A DNA stretch of 64,000 nucleotides from Candidatus Latescibacterota bacterium. Its GTDB lineage: Bacteria; Latescibacterota; UBA2968; GCA-2709665. The position numbers and the translations under genes were made by a program. The stretch is taken from assembly GCA_965116875.1 (NCBI GenBank), contig OZ220733.1, forward strand, positions 2,368,001 through 2,432,000, read 5' to 3'. Below are positions 48,755 through 59,123 of the stretch, piece after piece (within the stretch, counting starts at the first letter, position 1; every line of letters begins with the position of its first letter). Below the pieces are notes generated by a model. The model was not told where the DNA came from and searched no databases. It saw only the letters and a program-made list of their open reading frames with translations.

Positions 48755-49702
48755 GGGTGTCTCCTATGGTACAATCTTTGTTAAAAAAGAAACACAGATA
48801 CGGAATGACGCCTGCCAAGTACTCCTAAGGTTGTTCGTATGGGTGTTATCTATGCACAGATAGGTTTCCGCAACAAATGGGAGGCTTTAAGGACGACGGT
48901 TGATCCGACTGAAATTCGTGGGTGGGTTTACGCCTATCCTGGGTTCGTGGCGATTCTGTGCAAAGCGTACGACGACGGATCGTATGCTATTTGGTGGAGA
49001 CATGTCAGTCTGCCAGACACGCATTAGTGGCAAGCTTTTGTCCTGACTTTCGACTGCATGCGGATTTCGAATCAAGGTGTACAAGCTGCGCTGCAATCAA
49101 AGGGAGGTTGTTCTTGACTAGAAGCAAATACTCTGCCATAAGAATCAAATAGCGAAATAACAATAGGTTACAAAATAACTCGAAACTAACAGTTCCACAA
49201 GTGTCCGGTTATGAAACAGTAATGTCCGAAAATGAACATGAGATGGTTATTAGAATGTCCGAGATGATCGTCTCATCACTGCAGGAGGACGCCTTTGTGA
49301 ATTCTGTAACGGATGATTCACCAGCCGAAGCGATCCGGCATGTCAAAGACGTCGTAAACTCGCCGTAAAGACAATGGAGAGAAATCGCAATGTACAAAAA
49401 CGAGATTCGGGATGGGACTCGGATCAGATCATGTCGAGTACCGGGCGCTTAGCGTGGGTTATCCAAGAATTTCATAGCAATATGGCGGCGGCGCTCCAGT
49501 CGGATCGGCAATTCTAAACTGGAAGATTCCCGGTGTCCGCTGATCTTGTTTCCCCTAGCGACGGCGCTTGCACGGAAAGCGTGGAAGATCCAGGAACGGA
49601 TACGAAAACCATAACCAGAAGCCTGGATTTGAACGATCGAAATAAGAGGTACTCACCCGGAATTCTTACGCACATCCCGACGCGTCACCTTCTTTGACTC
49701 CA

Positions 49703-50221
49703 TCAAATAAAGTCCAGATACATGCGGCTGGCCTGAATGCCCCTGTTGTTCTGATATTTCCCGCTCTTATAGGTTTCGAAATCTCCATCCAGGGTGTGAT
49801 AGTAGATCTGGCAGATTTCCACGTTGGGATAGATCCGGACCGGCTGAATGCAGAACATCTCCAGCGTCCAGTACCCGGCGAAACCCACGTCGCCGAAACC
49901 CGCGGTGACGTGCACGAACAGCCCCAGCCTGCCAACGGACGATCGCCCCTCGAGCATGGGGACGAAATTCTCCGTTCTGGTGAATTCCGCCGTTCGTCCG
50001 AGATAGAGCGTCTGAGGTTGCAGTTCGAACCCGTCGCCTGGAATCCGGATGGACCGCGTGGGGTTTTTCTTCTTCATATCCAGAACGCCGGCCCGATACA
50101 CCACGAGTTCATCGGCCAGGGTGAGATTGTAGCTGTTCGGATTGAGTCTTTCCTGATCGAACGGCTCGATAATGAGGTCTTTTCCGATTCGCTCGTGGAT
50201 CATCTTTCCCGATAGAATCAT
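49703..50221 (-). CDS. dcd: dCTP deaminase
   Basis: MILSG, NPNSYNLTL, EGRSSVGRLGL, GFGDVGF.G..TLE, GKYQ. Confidence 0.88.
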   Translation of the reverse strand: MILSGKMIHERIGKDLIIEPFDQERLNPNSYNLTLADELVVYRAGVLDMKKKNPTRSIRIPGDGFELQPQTLYLGRTAEFTRTENFVPMLEGRSSVGRLGLFVHVTAGFGDVGFAGYWTLEMFCIQPVRIYPNVEICQIYYHTLDGDFETYKSGKYQNNRGIQASRMYLDFI

Positions 50222-50513
50222 GATGTGGGTTCCTGTTGTGCCGGCAAATGTAATTTGCACAAGTCTGCGAAGAAACGAGACGATTTGTCGACATCGATTA
50301 AATCCGGACAGGCCATATTCTGTAGACTCGACAAAACCAATCAGGATTTCTTTCTCGTTACGTCCACTGCTGTCCAGGAGAGAAACCGATTTGAGATCGG
50401 TGTGGTTTCAGATGAAATGTAACGCGTAAGACAAATTGGTCGGGATCGATGCAGTTCAGTTCAAGCCCTGAGTGGGTGTCCCCGATGTGGGTATCGATGG
50501 GTCACCTGCTAAT

Positions 50514-50536
50514 CGAGGGCAGGATGCCCTCGCTCC
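50514..50536 (-). repeat. REP-like palindrome
   Basis: Reverse complement GGAGCGAGGGCATCCTGCCCTCG. Confidence 0.45.
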
Positions 50537-50904
50537 GGTACTACTTTTCAAGGTTATCTGGAAAAGACGATCCTGGACAGGTATGCTTTTCGTCACGTGT
50601 TAATTTACGGACGTGAGCTACCGTGTTCAACAGCGTTGTTCCTTCAGGCGGTCCGGTAACCCGCCTGGATATCAATTCAGCGCTTTTTGTTGGGTTAAAC
50701 CTTGCAGAAAGCGGCGGAATTCATTATGTATAAAGTGGAACCACGGCGAAGCGTACAATTCCTGCCCGCGGCGAGTGCTTTCAGACCGAGTGCGGGCCGG
50801 GGGCGGGTAATACGCATACGCATCGATCAGCCAGCGATCAAAAACGGTTCCCGGCTGGACGTGTTGGGGACCCTACCGTCAACCCTAATATGGGAGATCA
50901 TCGG

Positions 50905-51708
50905 ATGAACAGGCTTTACTCGGGTCTTTCCCTCGGCCTGCTCCTCTGCATCGGCCTGACCGCCTGCGGGGAAAGCGAAGTGGAAAGACAGAAACGCGTA
51001 ATTGCACAGAAAGAAGCCAGCATCGACTCGCTCCAAACCGAGGCGGGGAGCGCACAGGCCGAACTCGTCACCCTCAAGACGCAACTCGACAGCCTCACCA
51101 AGTTCGAGATGCTCCTGCAGGAGAAGAACCAGCAACTTCAGAAGGAAGTCAAGAAATACCGCGCTATTGCCGCGCAGCGCAAACGCAAGAACGAAGAGTT
51201 GCAGCAGGCGATCGCTCAGTTGCAGGATGAGAAGACGGCCGATGAAGCGAAAATCGACCGGCTGCTCACCGAGTCCGACAGCCTGAGCGCGGCGCTGCGC
51301 GTACAGAGAGACGTCACCGTGAAGTTGACGCAGGATCTGGCTTCCGCGAACGAGGACATCGAAAGAACACAGAAGAAACTCGACGAGGCCAAGCACGCGG
51401 TGCGCGTGGTGGTGGGCACGGAAGACCGCCTCAAGGCGGACGGATTTCTGGAAACGGGCCGGCGCTTCTTCCGCAAAGGATACAAGCTGGTGCAGAAACC
51501 CGGTCACGACGACCTGAAAGTCACGCTCTTCTCAATCGGAGAAGGCCCAACCCTGGATCGAGGGCAGAAACTGAAGGAGTTGATCGGTCGTTCCGGAAAG
51601 CTCAAAAAGGACAAGGACTACACGGTCAGGTTGAGCGCGGACGGTACGCATATCACGCTGGTCAGCGAACTCCTTAAAGGCGAGGCGGTTCTGGTGGTCG
51701 TCGAGTAG
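50905..51708 (+). CDS. Coiled-coil lipoprotein
   Basis: GGAGA RBS, lipobox GLTA-C, ~140-aa heptad-rich region, globular C-terminus. Confidence 0.75.
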   Translation: MNRLYSGLSLGLLLCIGLTACGESEVERQKRVIAQKEASIDSLQTEAGSAQAELVTLKTQLDSLTKFEMLLQEKNQQLQKEVKKYRAIAAQRKRKNEELQQAIAQLQDEKTADEAKIDRLLTESDSLSAALRVQRDVTVKLTQDLASANEDIERTQKKLDEAKHAVRVVVGTEDRLKADGFLETGRRFFRKGYKLVQKPGHDDLKVTLFSIGEGPTLDRGQKLKELIGRSGKLKKDKDYTVRLSADGTHITLVSELLKGEAVLVVVE

Positions 51709-51784
51709 CGCGTCTTTTTGATCAATTCCGCTGCATAGGCCAGTTCACTCTGAGCCAATCCATCCATCGCAACGCCAGTTCGAC

Positions 51785-51825
51785 CCGGGCAACCCTCAGC
51801 GCATCACCCTGCGGGGGTTGCCCGG
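51785..51825. terminator. Inverted repeat between convergent genes
   Basis: CCGGGCAACCC...GGGTTGCCCGG. Confidence 0.5.
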
Positions 51826-51941
51826 ATCTGTATGCGGGTTCCAACGGCAATCGCTGTCCCGTTATCGCCTCCAGCGCATCTCTCCTCGCGGCGAAGTTCG
51901 CGATGCGTCCCATCCGGGCGTCTTTTTTTTCGCACGCGTCT

Positions 51942-52214
51942 CTATGCAACGTCCAGAACCGCCTGAAGATTCCTGGCCGCGATCATGAGCAGCGTTCGTG
52001 CGGCGCCGGACGGGCGGCGCCGGGCTTGTTCCCAATCCTGCAGCGTCCGAACCGATACGCCCAGCAATCCGGCGAACTGAACCTGCGACATACCGGCTTC
52101 CTTCCGAATCCGGATGACATCCGGCACATTGATCACACGGCCGTGCTCGCCGCGCCTGAGTTCTCGGAGCCCCTCCAGAATCTCGCTGCCCACGTCTCGT
52201 TTAACCGTAGTCAT
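51942..52214 (-). CDS. HigA-type XRE antitoxin
   Basis: EILEGL, IRKEAGMSQVQFAGLLGVSVRTLQDWEQARRRPSGAA. Confidence 0.88.
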   Translation of the reverse strand: MTTVKRDVGSEILEGLRELRRGEHGRVINVPDVIRIRKEAGMSQVQFAGLLGVSVRTLQDWEQARRRPSGAARTLLMIAARNLQAVLDVA

Positions 52215-52521
52215 TTTGTACCTCCTTCCGGATCCGTCGCAGGACTTGCGGCGGGATGTCATCCGTAACATTCTTCGGATACATGGTCAGCATCCAGAAA
52301 ACACGGGATGCTCTTTTCACAAAGTAGATGACCCTGAATCCACCGCGTTTCCCTCGGCCTGACAGCCTCCATCGCAACTTGCGAACACCTCCTGACCCCG
52401 GAATGACATCGCCGGCGTCAGGGTCCGTTACCAGGGTCAGTTGCAATTCCGAATACTCCTGATCGGACAGGTATCTCAACACCAGGCGTGTAAAGAGCTT
52501 CGTCTCGACAAAGCTATACAT
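52201..52521 (-). CDS. HigB2/RelE-family toxin
   Basis: FVETKLF, PDAGDVIPGSGGVRKLRW..GRGKRGGFRVIY, LTMYPKN. Confidence 0.9.
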   Translation of the reverse strand: MYSFVETKLFTRLVLRYLSDQEYSELQLTLVTDPDAGDVIPGSGGVRKLRWRLSGRGKRGGFRVIYFVKRASRVFWMLTMYPKNVTDDIPPQVLRRIRKEVQNDYG

Positions 52522-52528
52522 AAAAAGA

Positions 52529-52556
52529 AATATACGGCAGTGCCGTATAATGTCAA
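52529..52556 (-). promoter_or_regulatory. TA promoter with perfect operator palindrome
   Basis: Minus strand TTGACA-N16-TATATT, 7 nt before ATG; TATACGGCA-G-TGCCGTATA 52531-52549. Confidence 0.7.
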
Positions 52557-52605
52557 GTCACGGATAATTGGTACTATGCCCCAAAGAAATCGGTAGGGGA
52601 ACGCT

Positions 52606-53430
52606 TCATTTCTTTCTGTTCTCCTCGAGCCAGCCGACGGTGAAATCCACAACCTCGCGTTGCGGCATGAGTTGGCATTCCGCGAGACCCACCTTGCCCC
52701 TGCGCACCACTGTCCCCGCGTCCGACTTCAGAAAGTCCTCACCGATGCGATTGAAATCCGAACTGTCCGGTTCGACTTCCTCGAAGGTTGTCCACCGCCG
52801 CGATCCAGATGTATGGATCGGAGCGCCTTCACACACAACCTTCCTGGTTGGAAAGTCCGCCCGGTATTCCGCAAGATGCATCGAAGTATTGGATCCGTGG
52901 CTCGTGCCGAGAAGAAGGACAAAACCGTGCAGATCGTATATTCTCGCGAGCGGCGAACCCTCGCCCATACCGAAAGCCAGCGAATGATCATCCACGATTC
53001 GGGATGCCTGGGGACCGTGTGCGCAAAACGAGACCTGCGGGTGAGAACTGCGGAGGACTCCTCTATGCTTACGGAATGTCTCGGCGATAACGCCCATCGA
53101 ATGAGTGGGAGTAAGCTCAGGATCGTAGGCCGGCATGTTCTCGCGTATGACCGGCCACCAGGACTCGGGGACCGGAGGGTTCTCCCACTTGCCGGGCTCG
53201 GACAGGCCGGTCGAGTGGGCGGGCATCACCAGCGTTCCGGAAGGTCCCAAGACCTCCTCAAGAGCAGCAACAACCGCGACGGCTCCCCCGCACACCCATC
53301 CCACCGCGCTCAAGGATGAATGGACAATCACGACCATCCCCGGCCGTACGCCGAGACTGCGGAGGTCCCTCTGAAGTGTTTCAATCGTCGCAGGCGATTC
53401 GGTTTTTTCGATGACCTTGCATTCACTCAT
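52606..53430 (-). CDS. AAC(3)-family N-acetyltransferase (YokD-like)
   Basis: IVHSSLSAVGWVCGG, GTLVMP, MGVIAETFR, RSSHPQVSF, SNTSMHLAE. Confidence 0.88.
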   Translation of the reverse strand: MSECKVIEKTESPATIETLQRDLRSLGVRPGMVVIVHSSLSAVGWVCGGAVAVVAALEEVLGPSGTLVMPAHSTGLSEPGKWENPPVPESWWPVIRENMPAYDPELTPTHSMGVIAETFRKHRGVLRSSHPQVSFCAHGPQASRIVDDHSLAFGMGEGSPLARIYDLHGFVLLLGTSHGSNTSMHLAEYRADFPTRKVVCEGAPIHTSGSRRWTTFEEVEPDSSDFNRIGEDFLKSDAGTVVRRGKVGLAECQLMPQREVVDFTVGWLEENRKK

Positions 53431-53797
53431 CTGAAGGCTCCGGGTGTTCCTCCTGTCTCGCGGCGATGGCCACGATCTCAACAAGGGTATCTCCCTCCAG
53501 CCCGACCTCCACGCAGGCGCGCTGGGGCCAGTGGTCCGGTCCTATCCACCCGTCCCAGACCTCGTTGAGGATGGACTTTCCGGACATGTCCGTGATGTAG
53601 ACCGTCGCCGAGAGGAGCCGCGTTCTGTCGGTACCGGCCTTGTCCAGATTCGCGTCGAGTTGTTCCAGCGCCTGCCTGGTCTGGCCCCTGAAGTCCGCCG
53701 ACAGGTCCGGCGCAATCACGGCTGTATAGACGAGGCCGTTATGTTCGACGGATTCGCTCCGGCCGACCGCCTTTCCCGGGTATCTTGTGATGGACAT
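53423..53797 (-). CDS. RidA family protein (YoaB-like)
   Basis: QTRQAL..LD..L..AGTD, LNEVWDGW, PQRACV, LVEI. Confidence 0.85.
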   Translation of the reverse strand: MSITRYPGKAVGRSESVEHNGLVYTAVIAPDLSADFRGQTRQALEQLDANLDKAGTDRTRLLSATVYITDMSGKSILNEVWDGWIGPDHWPQRACVEVGLEGDTLVEIVAIAARQEEHPEPSDE

Positions 53798-53977
53798 CGA
53801 AACTCCTTTGTTGTCGCGCGAAATGTGAAAAGAGTTGGTCTCCGTGAAGTAAAAATCCTATATTGCGTGGAAATCGAGGCGGACTCTTATCTGAAGCATG
53901 AGATTCCGCGTGCATCATTCCTTCCAGTCCGGTGCCTGCGGACGGTTGCCGCGAGGCGCTCGAGAAAGAATTGATTC

Positions 53978-54835
53978 ATGTCACTATTGACGTTCAAGCT
54001 GCTCGCCGCTGTTGCGATCCTGGCCGTTGCCGTGATCGGGGGCGTCATCCCCCTCCTTGCCGCCCGCCACGAATCCAGCCGGCGGTTCTTTTCATTGGGC
54101 AACGCCTTTGCAGGCGGCCTGTTCCTCGGGGTCGGCTTCATCCACCTGCTGCCTGAGGGGATGGAAAAGCTGGAAGGGATCGTGGAATTCCCGTTGGCCG
54201 CGCTTCTGGCGGCGTTGGGCCTTGGCGCCCTCTTGCTGATCGACCGCGTGATCTACGGCGACCATCACGCCGATCATTCGCCTGGCAGCGCCCAGTTACA
54301 GCATTCCGTCTACCCGTATGTCCTCCTGGCGCTCCTGTCGATTCACTCCATCATCGCCGGAATCACGCTCGGTCTCGAATCGAACGTGATCGGCTCGTTC
54401 GTTATTCTGCTCGGGATCCTCTGCCACAAGGGATCCGCGGCATTCGCACTCATGGTGTGCATCTACGAGGCGGGCATCCGGGCGAGAAAACAGAAATCCA
54501 TGCTCGCAATCTTTGCGATAATGACACCAATGGGCGTGGTCATCGGCCTGCTGATGGCAGCGGTCCTGGGTGAGCATGAGAACATCGCGGCGCTGATCGA
54601 GGGGAGCTTCAATGCGATCGCCGCCGGGACCTTCATCTACGTGGCTGCCGTTGAAATCATAGACGCGGAGATGTCCACAAGGGAAATGCGCCTGGCAAAA
54701 TACGTATTGAGCGCACTGGCCGGGGACGACGACGTGCCCATGCCCGTGAGGGATACCGACAGGTTGGTAAAATTCGTACTCATCATAGTCGGTATCTCCC
54801 TGATGGCGCTGCTCTCGGAGTGGCACGTACATTGA
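53978..54835 (+). CDS. ZIP family zinc/metal transporter
   Basis: FAGGLFLGVGFIHLLPE, His-rich loop, LSIHSIIAG, CHKG, MTPMG, AGTFIYVA. Confidence 0.85.
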   Translation: MSLLTFKLLAAVAILAVAVIGGVIPLLAARHESSRRFFSLGNAFAGGLFLGVGFIHLLPEGMEKLEGIVEFPLAALLAALGLGALLLIDRVIYGDHHADHSPGSAQLQHSVYPYVLLALLSIHSIIAGITLGLESNVIGSFVILLGILCHKGSAAFALMVCIYEAGIRARKQKSMLAIFAIMTPMGVVIGLLMAAVLGEHENIAALIEGSFNAIAAGTFIYVAAVEIIDAEMSTREMRLAKYVLSALAGDDDVPMPVRDTDRLVKFVLIIVGISLMALLSEWHVH

Positions 54836-54928
54836 GAGCATACCGCCTGCCCGCGCCGCAAACTGCACACTTTGAGGTTTCTGATTCACTGTCATGACCT
54901 CAAGTCGCAATATCGGTTGCCCATTCAA

Positions 54929-56863
54929 TTATACGTACTGCTCAAACCACGACACCATCCTGTGCAGATATTCCACGTGCATCGCCGGGTGACCGCTCCT
55001 CCTGAAGCCGTGTGACGACTCTGGAAAGCGTACGAACTCCACGGCCTTTCCCTGTCGCTTCAGCGCGACGAAGAACTGCTCGGCCTGTTCTATCGGACAT
55101 CTGTAGTCCTCCTCGCCGTGCATCAGCAACACCGGAGTACGCACCTCCGGCGCATAGGTCAGCGGCGACCGGCTCACGAGCGCTTCCACGTTCTCCAACA
55201 CTGAACCACGCCACTGATTCTCGCCGAACGACACGCCAATATCCGACGTCCCGTACATACTGTGCAAATTGATACATGGCGCGCCGATCACCGCCGCTTT
55301 AAAACGATGGTCGTGACCGACGATCCAGCTGCTCATAAACCCGCCGTAGCTGTATCCGTGGACCCCCAGGCGATCCGAATCCATGTAGGGCCGCTCGCAG
55401 AGCAGATCGACGCCTGCCATCAGATCCAGAAAATCTTCCCCGCCCCAGTCCCCGAGCACAGCCTTCAGAAAATCCGGACCGTATGACGACGACCCCCTCG
55501 GATTCACGGCCAGTACGATATACCCCGCGCCTGCCAGAATCTGATGCGTGACGTCGTACGAATCCGAAAAGCGCCCGTGCGGCCCACCGTGAATGTCCAG
55601 TACCATTGGATACGACCTCGCGGCATCGAAATCGTCTGGAAACAGCACCCGCGCCTCGATCGCCCGGCCGTCCCGCCCGAACGCGAACTTCTCCATGCGC
55701 GCAGCGGGATGGGCCTCCAGAAACCCAACGTTTACCGCGGTTACCTCCCGTTGACGCTTCGGAACTACTTCAAGCACGGCCACGTCGCACGGACAGTAAG
55801 GGGACGACGTCACCGCAGCCGCGCACGCTCCAGCGCGGTCAACCGACAGACCCGTGAATTCACGCCCGCCGCCGCCCAGAACCCGGGTCCGTGGAGCAGA
55901 CACACTCGAATCCGCCCGGCATAGAAAGGATTCGCCCTCCCTGTCACCGATGAACAATATCCCGCCGTCCGGCGTCCAGCTCCGCGACGCCAGCGGTTGT
56001 ACCACAGTATATACATCGCCCGCCACGCACACCGGCTTCTCGGCCTCATCCAGTACGAACAGCCACGATTGTCTTGAATCCCACACCTCGGGATCGTGAG
56101 AACCCGCGACCGCCAATCGCGTTCCATCAGTCGACCACGCCGCGGACTCAGCACGGCTCAGTCCTCTCGACCAGCATCGCGACGTCCGGCCCACCAGTTC
56201 CATTACGTGGACCTCGGAACCCCGAACGAAATCGCGGGCCTCTATGCAGTCTGTCACAAATGCGATACGGCTTCCGTCGGGAGACCACGTCGGCGCCTCG
56301 TGATTGCCCTCCCCGTCCGTTATCTGCTCCGCCAGGCCGGTTGCGGCGTCCACCAGGAACAACTGCGAAAAGGCGTCGCCCCGCCAGCCGTCTCCATCGT
56401 CACGGTATCGCACGCGGCGGGCGACCCGCGTTCTCGGCAATGTCTCTTCGTCGTGATCGTCAGGCGACCGGTCCGGGTCCACCCGAGAGACAACGACAAA
56501 TTCCGAGCTGTTGGGCGACCATGCCAGATCCTTAACGCCATCCGGAAGCGTCGTCAGCTGATTCGCGTCCCGGCCGTCGACCCGCATCACCCATACCTGC
56601 CTCCTGTCATCCTCTCCGGAACGCAAAAAAGCAAGAGTCTGCCCGTCTGCCGATAGCCTGGGCGCCGCGTCCCGAGGCCCCTCTGTCAGGTCGATGGCAG
56701 AGCCGGTCTCAAGCGGCTGCATCACGATCCGGGACTCCCGCTTCATCGTCTCCCTGTTGATCTCCTGCCGCACGAAAACAACGGCGGAACCGTCCCCCGC
56801 GATCTCCACGTCCGATACGTCAACCAGATCGTAAGTCTGCTCGGGTTTGAAAGGTGAGGACAT
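54929..56863 (-). CDS. S9 family peptidase (acylaminoacyl-peptidase-like)
   Basis: WSPDG propeller repeats, IHGGPH, NPRGS, GYSYGG, HGEEDYRC, SHG. Confidence 0.9.
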   Translation of the reverse strand: MSSPFKPEQTYDLVDVSDVEIAGDGSAVVFVRQEINRETMKRESRIVMQPLETGSAIDLTEGPRDAAPRLSADGQTLAFLRSGEDDRRQVWVMRVDGRDANQLTTLPDGVKDLAWSPNSSEFVVVSRVDPDRSPDDHDEETLPRTRVARRVRYRDDGDGWRGDAFSQLFLVDAATGLAEQITDGEGNHEAPTWSPDGSRIAFVTDCIEARDFVRGSEVHVMELVGRTSRCWSRGLSRAESAAWSTDGTRLAVAGSHDPEVWDSRQSWLFVLDEAEKPVCVAGDVYTVVQPLASRSWTPDGGILFIGDREGESFLCRADSSVSAPRTRVLGGGGREFTGLSVDRAGACAAAVTSSPYCPCDVAVLEVVPKRQREVTAVNVGFLEAHPAARMEKFAFGRDGRAIEARVLFPDDFDAARSYPMVLDIHGGPHGRFSDSYDVTHQILAGAGYIVLAVNPRGSSSYGPDFLKAVLGDWGGEDFLDLMAGVDLLCERPYMDSDRLGVHGYSYGGFMSSWIVGHDHRFKAAVIGAPCINLHSMYGTSDIGVSFGENQWRGSVLENVEALVSRSPLTYAPEVRTPVLLMHGEEDYRCPIEQAEQFFVALKRQGKAVEFVRFPESSHGFRRSGHPAMHVEYLHRMVSWFEQYV

Positions 56864-56883
56864 AGGCCTCCCTCCATTTCGTT

Positions 56884-58038
56884 TCACGTTCCATGTGCTT
56901 GCCTACGCGTATAGACCCTTCCGCCCTTGACGACGGTCACGGGGACCAGATTCCGCTTGCCCGTCCGGACCTCCCCTGTCGAGTCTTCGAGGCGAAAATC
57001 TCCTTCCCGCAGCTCGAACACCACGGCGTCCCCGAACGCTGCGTTCGCCAGCGTGCCCACCTCGCCCTCCATCCCGATGATTGCTGACGGCACGGACGTC
57101 ACGCGCGAGATCGAATCTTCAATCGACAGCCCCAGATGCAGGAACTTGGTGACCACGGATGCCAGGTCGTACACGGGGCCGTTGACATTGTAGACGTGCA
57201 GGTCCGATGAAATCGTGGTGGGAAGCACGTCCTGCGACAGCGCCTTCTCAACGATTTCCCACGAAAAGGACCCCGCGCCGTGGCCCACGTCGAACACGAC
57301 GCCCCGTTCAATCGCTTCCAGCACCGAATCGCGGATACGACCTTCATCGTCGAGAATCCCGCACGGGTAGTCGTGGAAACAATGGGTCAGAATGTCTCCG
57401 CCCTTCATCACCCCGAGTATATCGTCGATCGATTCGCACCAGGCGTCCTGGGGATGCACCATAATGGGCAATCCCGCCGCGTCCGCCGCCTCCCTTGCCC
57501 TGTGGAGCGGGAGCATGCCGGACCGTTCGCTGACGATGGTATTCCTCGTTAACCGTACCTTCACGCCCAGGACGACGTCGCGGTGCTGTTCTATCATGCG
57601 GCACGCCTTGTCCACGTCCGCGTATTCGGGAATCTCGAACTCCCCGATCTCTTCGGTGAGCATACCCTGCGACGAGATATTCATCTGCGCCAGGATCCGC
57701 GTCTCGCTCACGTCGATCACGTATTTCCGGAAACCCGGGAAGATATCCGCGCCCGCGGACCCCGCATCGACTACGGTCGTCGCGCCTCGGGCCAGACACG
57801 TAGGATCGGGTTCGATGCCATAGTGACTCACGCCGGCAAATACATGGACGTGAAGATCGATCAGACCGGGCGTCACCACACAGCCCGATGCGTCGATCAC
57901 CTCACGGGCGTCGACCTTATCGAGACGCTCGCCGACAGCCGCAACCCGTCCCGCCGCGAACCCCACGTCCCGTACGCCGCTGAGGTTCTCCGCCGGATCG
58001 ACCAGCGTCCCACCTTTAACCAGCAGATCGTACTTCAT
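56884..58038 (-). CDS. Amidohydrolase/deacetylase-family metallohydrolase (dihydroorotase-like)
   Basis: PGLIDLHVH, GATTVVDAGS, GVKVR, MVH, THCF, DVGHG, ISSDLH. Confidence 0.88.
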   Translation of the reverse strand: MKYDLLVKGGTLVDPAENLSGVRDVGFAAGRVAAVGERLDKVDAREVIDASGCVVTPGLIDLHVHVFAGVSHYGIEPDPTCLARGATTVVDAGSAGADIFPGFRKYVIDVSETRILAQMNISSQGMLTEEIGEFEIPEYADVDKACRMIEQHRDVVLGVKVRLTRNTIVSERSGMLPLHRAREAADAAGLPIMVHPQDAWCESIDDILGVMKGGDILTHCFHDYPCGILDDEGRIRDSVLEAIERGVVFDVGHGAGSFSWEIVEKALSQDVLPTTISSDLHVYNVNGPVYDLASVVTKFLHLGLSIEDSISRVTSVPSAIIGMEGEVGTLANAAFGDAVVFELREGDFRLEDSTGEVRTGKRNLVPVTVVKGGRVYTRRQAHGT

Positions 58039-58110
58039 ACCACCCTCCGTTCAAGTGGCAGGCAGCCAGGTTCCTCTGGCTGCCAGGTACGTACTGCAGG
58101 AATCAACACT

Positions 58111-58998
58111 TCACGTGGCCTCGTCCGATCCGACTGACCCCGAATACACGAAATCATACGTCAGCGCATCCCCCACCGGCCTGTATCCGATATTGGTATA
58201 GATGCTGTTGGACGTGGGATTCAGTTGATCGGTAAACAGGCTGCAGAACGAATGGCCGTCTGAGAGGAGCTTCTTCGTCAGCGACCAGACGCACGACGTC
58301 GCATATCCCTGATTGCGATGCTCAGCAGGCGTATACACGCCATTGATGGTGATGCCGTTTCTGGTCGCACGGGAGGTCTTCGCCATGGAAACCGGCCCCC
58401 TACGGTCCCAGATGTACAGTTGCTCGGTCCGAATGTACTGCTTGGCGGCGCCGGCGGCTGCCTCCGGATCCGTTGGCTCACCGATCTGCTCCGAGAATTC
58501 CGCAGTCCACCGCGCCATCAGCGGGTGATCATCCATAGACGCCAGGCGCATTGTCCCCGCGGAAAGGGGCACGTCGGAGACCGCTCTGATTTCGAAGGCG
58601 CGCATTCGCATGGTCAGTCTTGAAGATGCGCCAGGTACCGCTTTGACCCAGGAATCGGAAAAAGCGCGGGCTTCCTCCTCCGGCCCGACAACGCCGGGTA
58701 CCGAGACCTCGTTCAGGTGCAAATGGCAGACCAGAGGAACCACCGCATCCGCAGGTTTCACGTCGAATCTGCTCAGGATGAGTTTTCTTCCCTGTGTCAT
58801 GATTGCCATACCGACGGCCCGGCCCTCGTCCATGACGCTCAGCATAACGGGTGGTTCGTCGCCTAAGCGCCGCGGATTCCCGACAAGCCCGTACATCAGC
58901 CCGAGCGGCAGGTTATGCTCGCTCTCATGCAATTCCAGGTACGCGGCGGTTTTGGAAATCAGGTCCTCGGCACGCTCGTGAGACAATATCTCCATCAC
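58111..58998 (-). CDS. GNAT acetyltransferase (FR47-like C-terminus)
   Basis: INGVYTPAEHRNQGYA, LFTDQLNPTSNSIYTNIGY. Confidence 0.85.
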   Translation of the reverse strand: MMEILSHERAEDLISKTAAYLELHESEHNLPLGLMYGLVGNPRRLGDEPPVMLSVMDEGRAVGMAIMTQGRKLILSRFDVKPADAVVPLVCHLHLNEVSVPGVVGPEEEARAFSDSWVKAVPGASSRLTMRMRAFEIRAVSDVPLSAGTMRLASMDDHPLMARWTAEFSEQIGEPTDPEAAAGAAKQYIRTEQLYIWDRRGPVSMAKTSRATRNGITINGVYTPAEHRNQGYATSCVWSLTKKLLSDGHSFCSLFTDQLNPTSNSIYTNIGYRPVGDALTYDFVYSGSVGSDEAT

Positions 58999-59123
58999 TC
59001 TTTTGTCCTTTTTGCCATTAAGCCGGTGGTTCGCATGATTGCGGCCTGATTACAGAGCGGCAGGTGTTGCCGGATCGCGCCGTGCGCGATTTAGTGCGTC
59101 GCGTCTTTTCTGGTCTTGCGACG

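Noticed and set aside
39287-53430. Antibiotic resistance island (APH, AAC(3), GNAT)
   Set aside because: Family-level motifs only; these families are widespread with other substrates and no mobile element is linked
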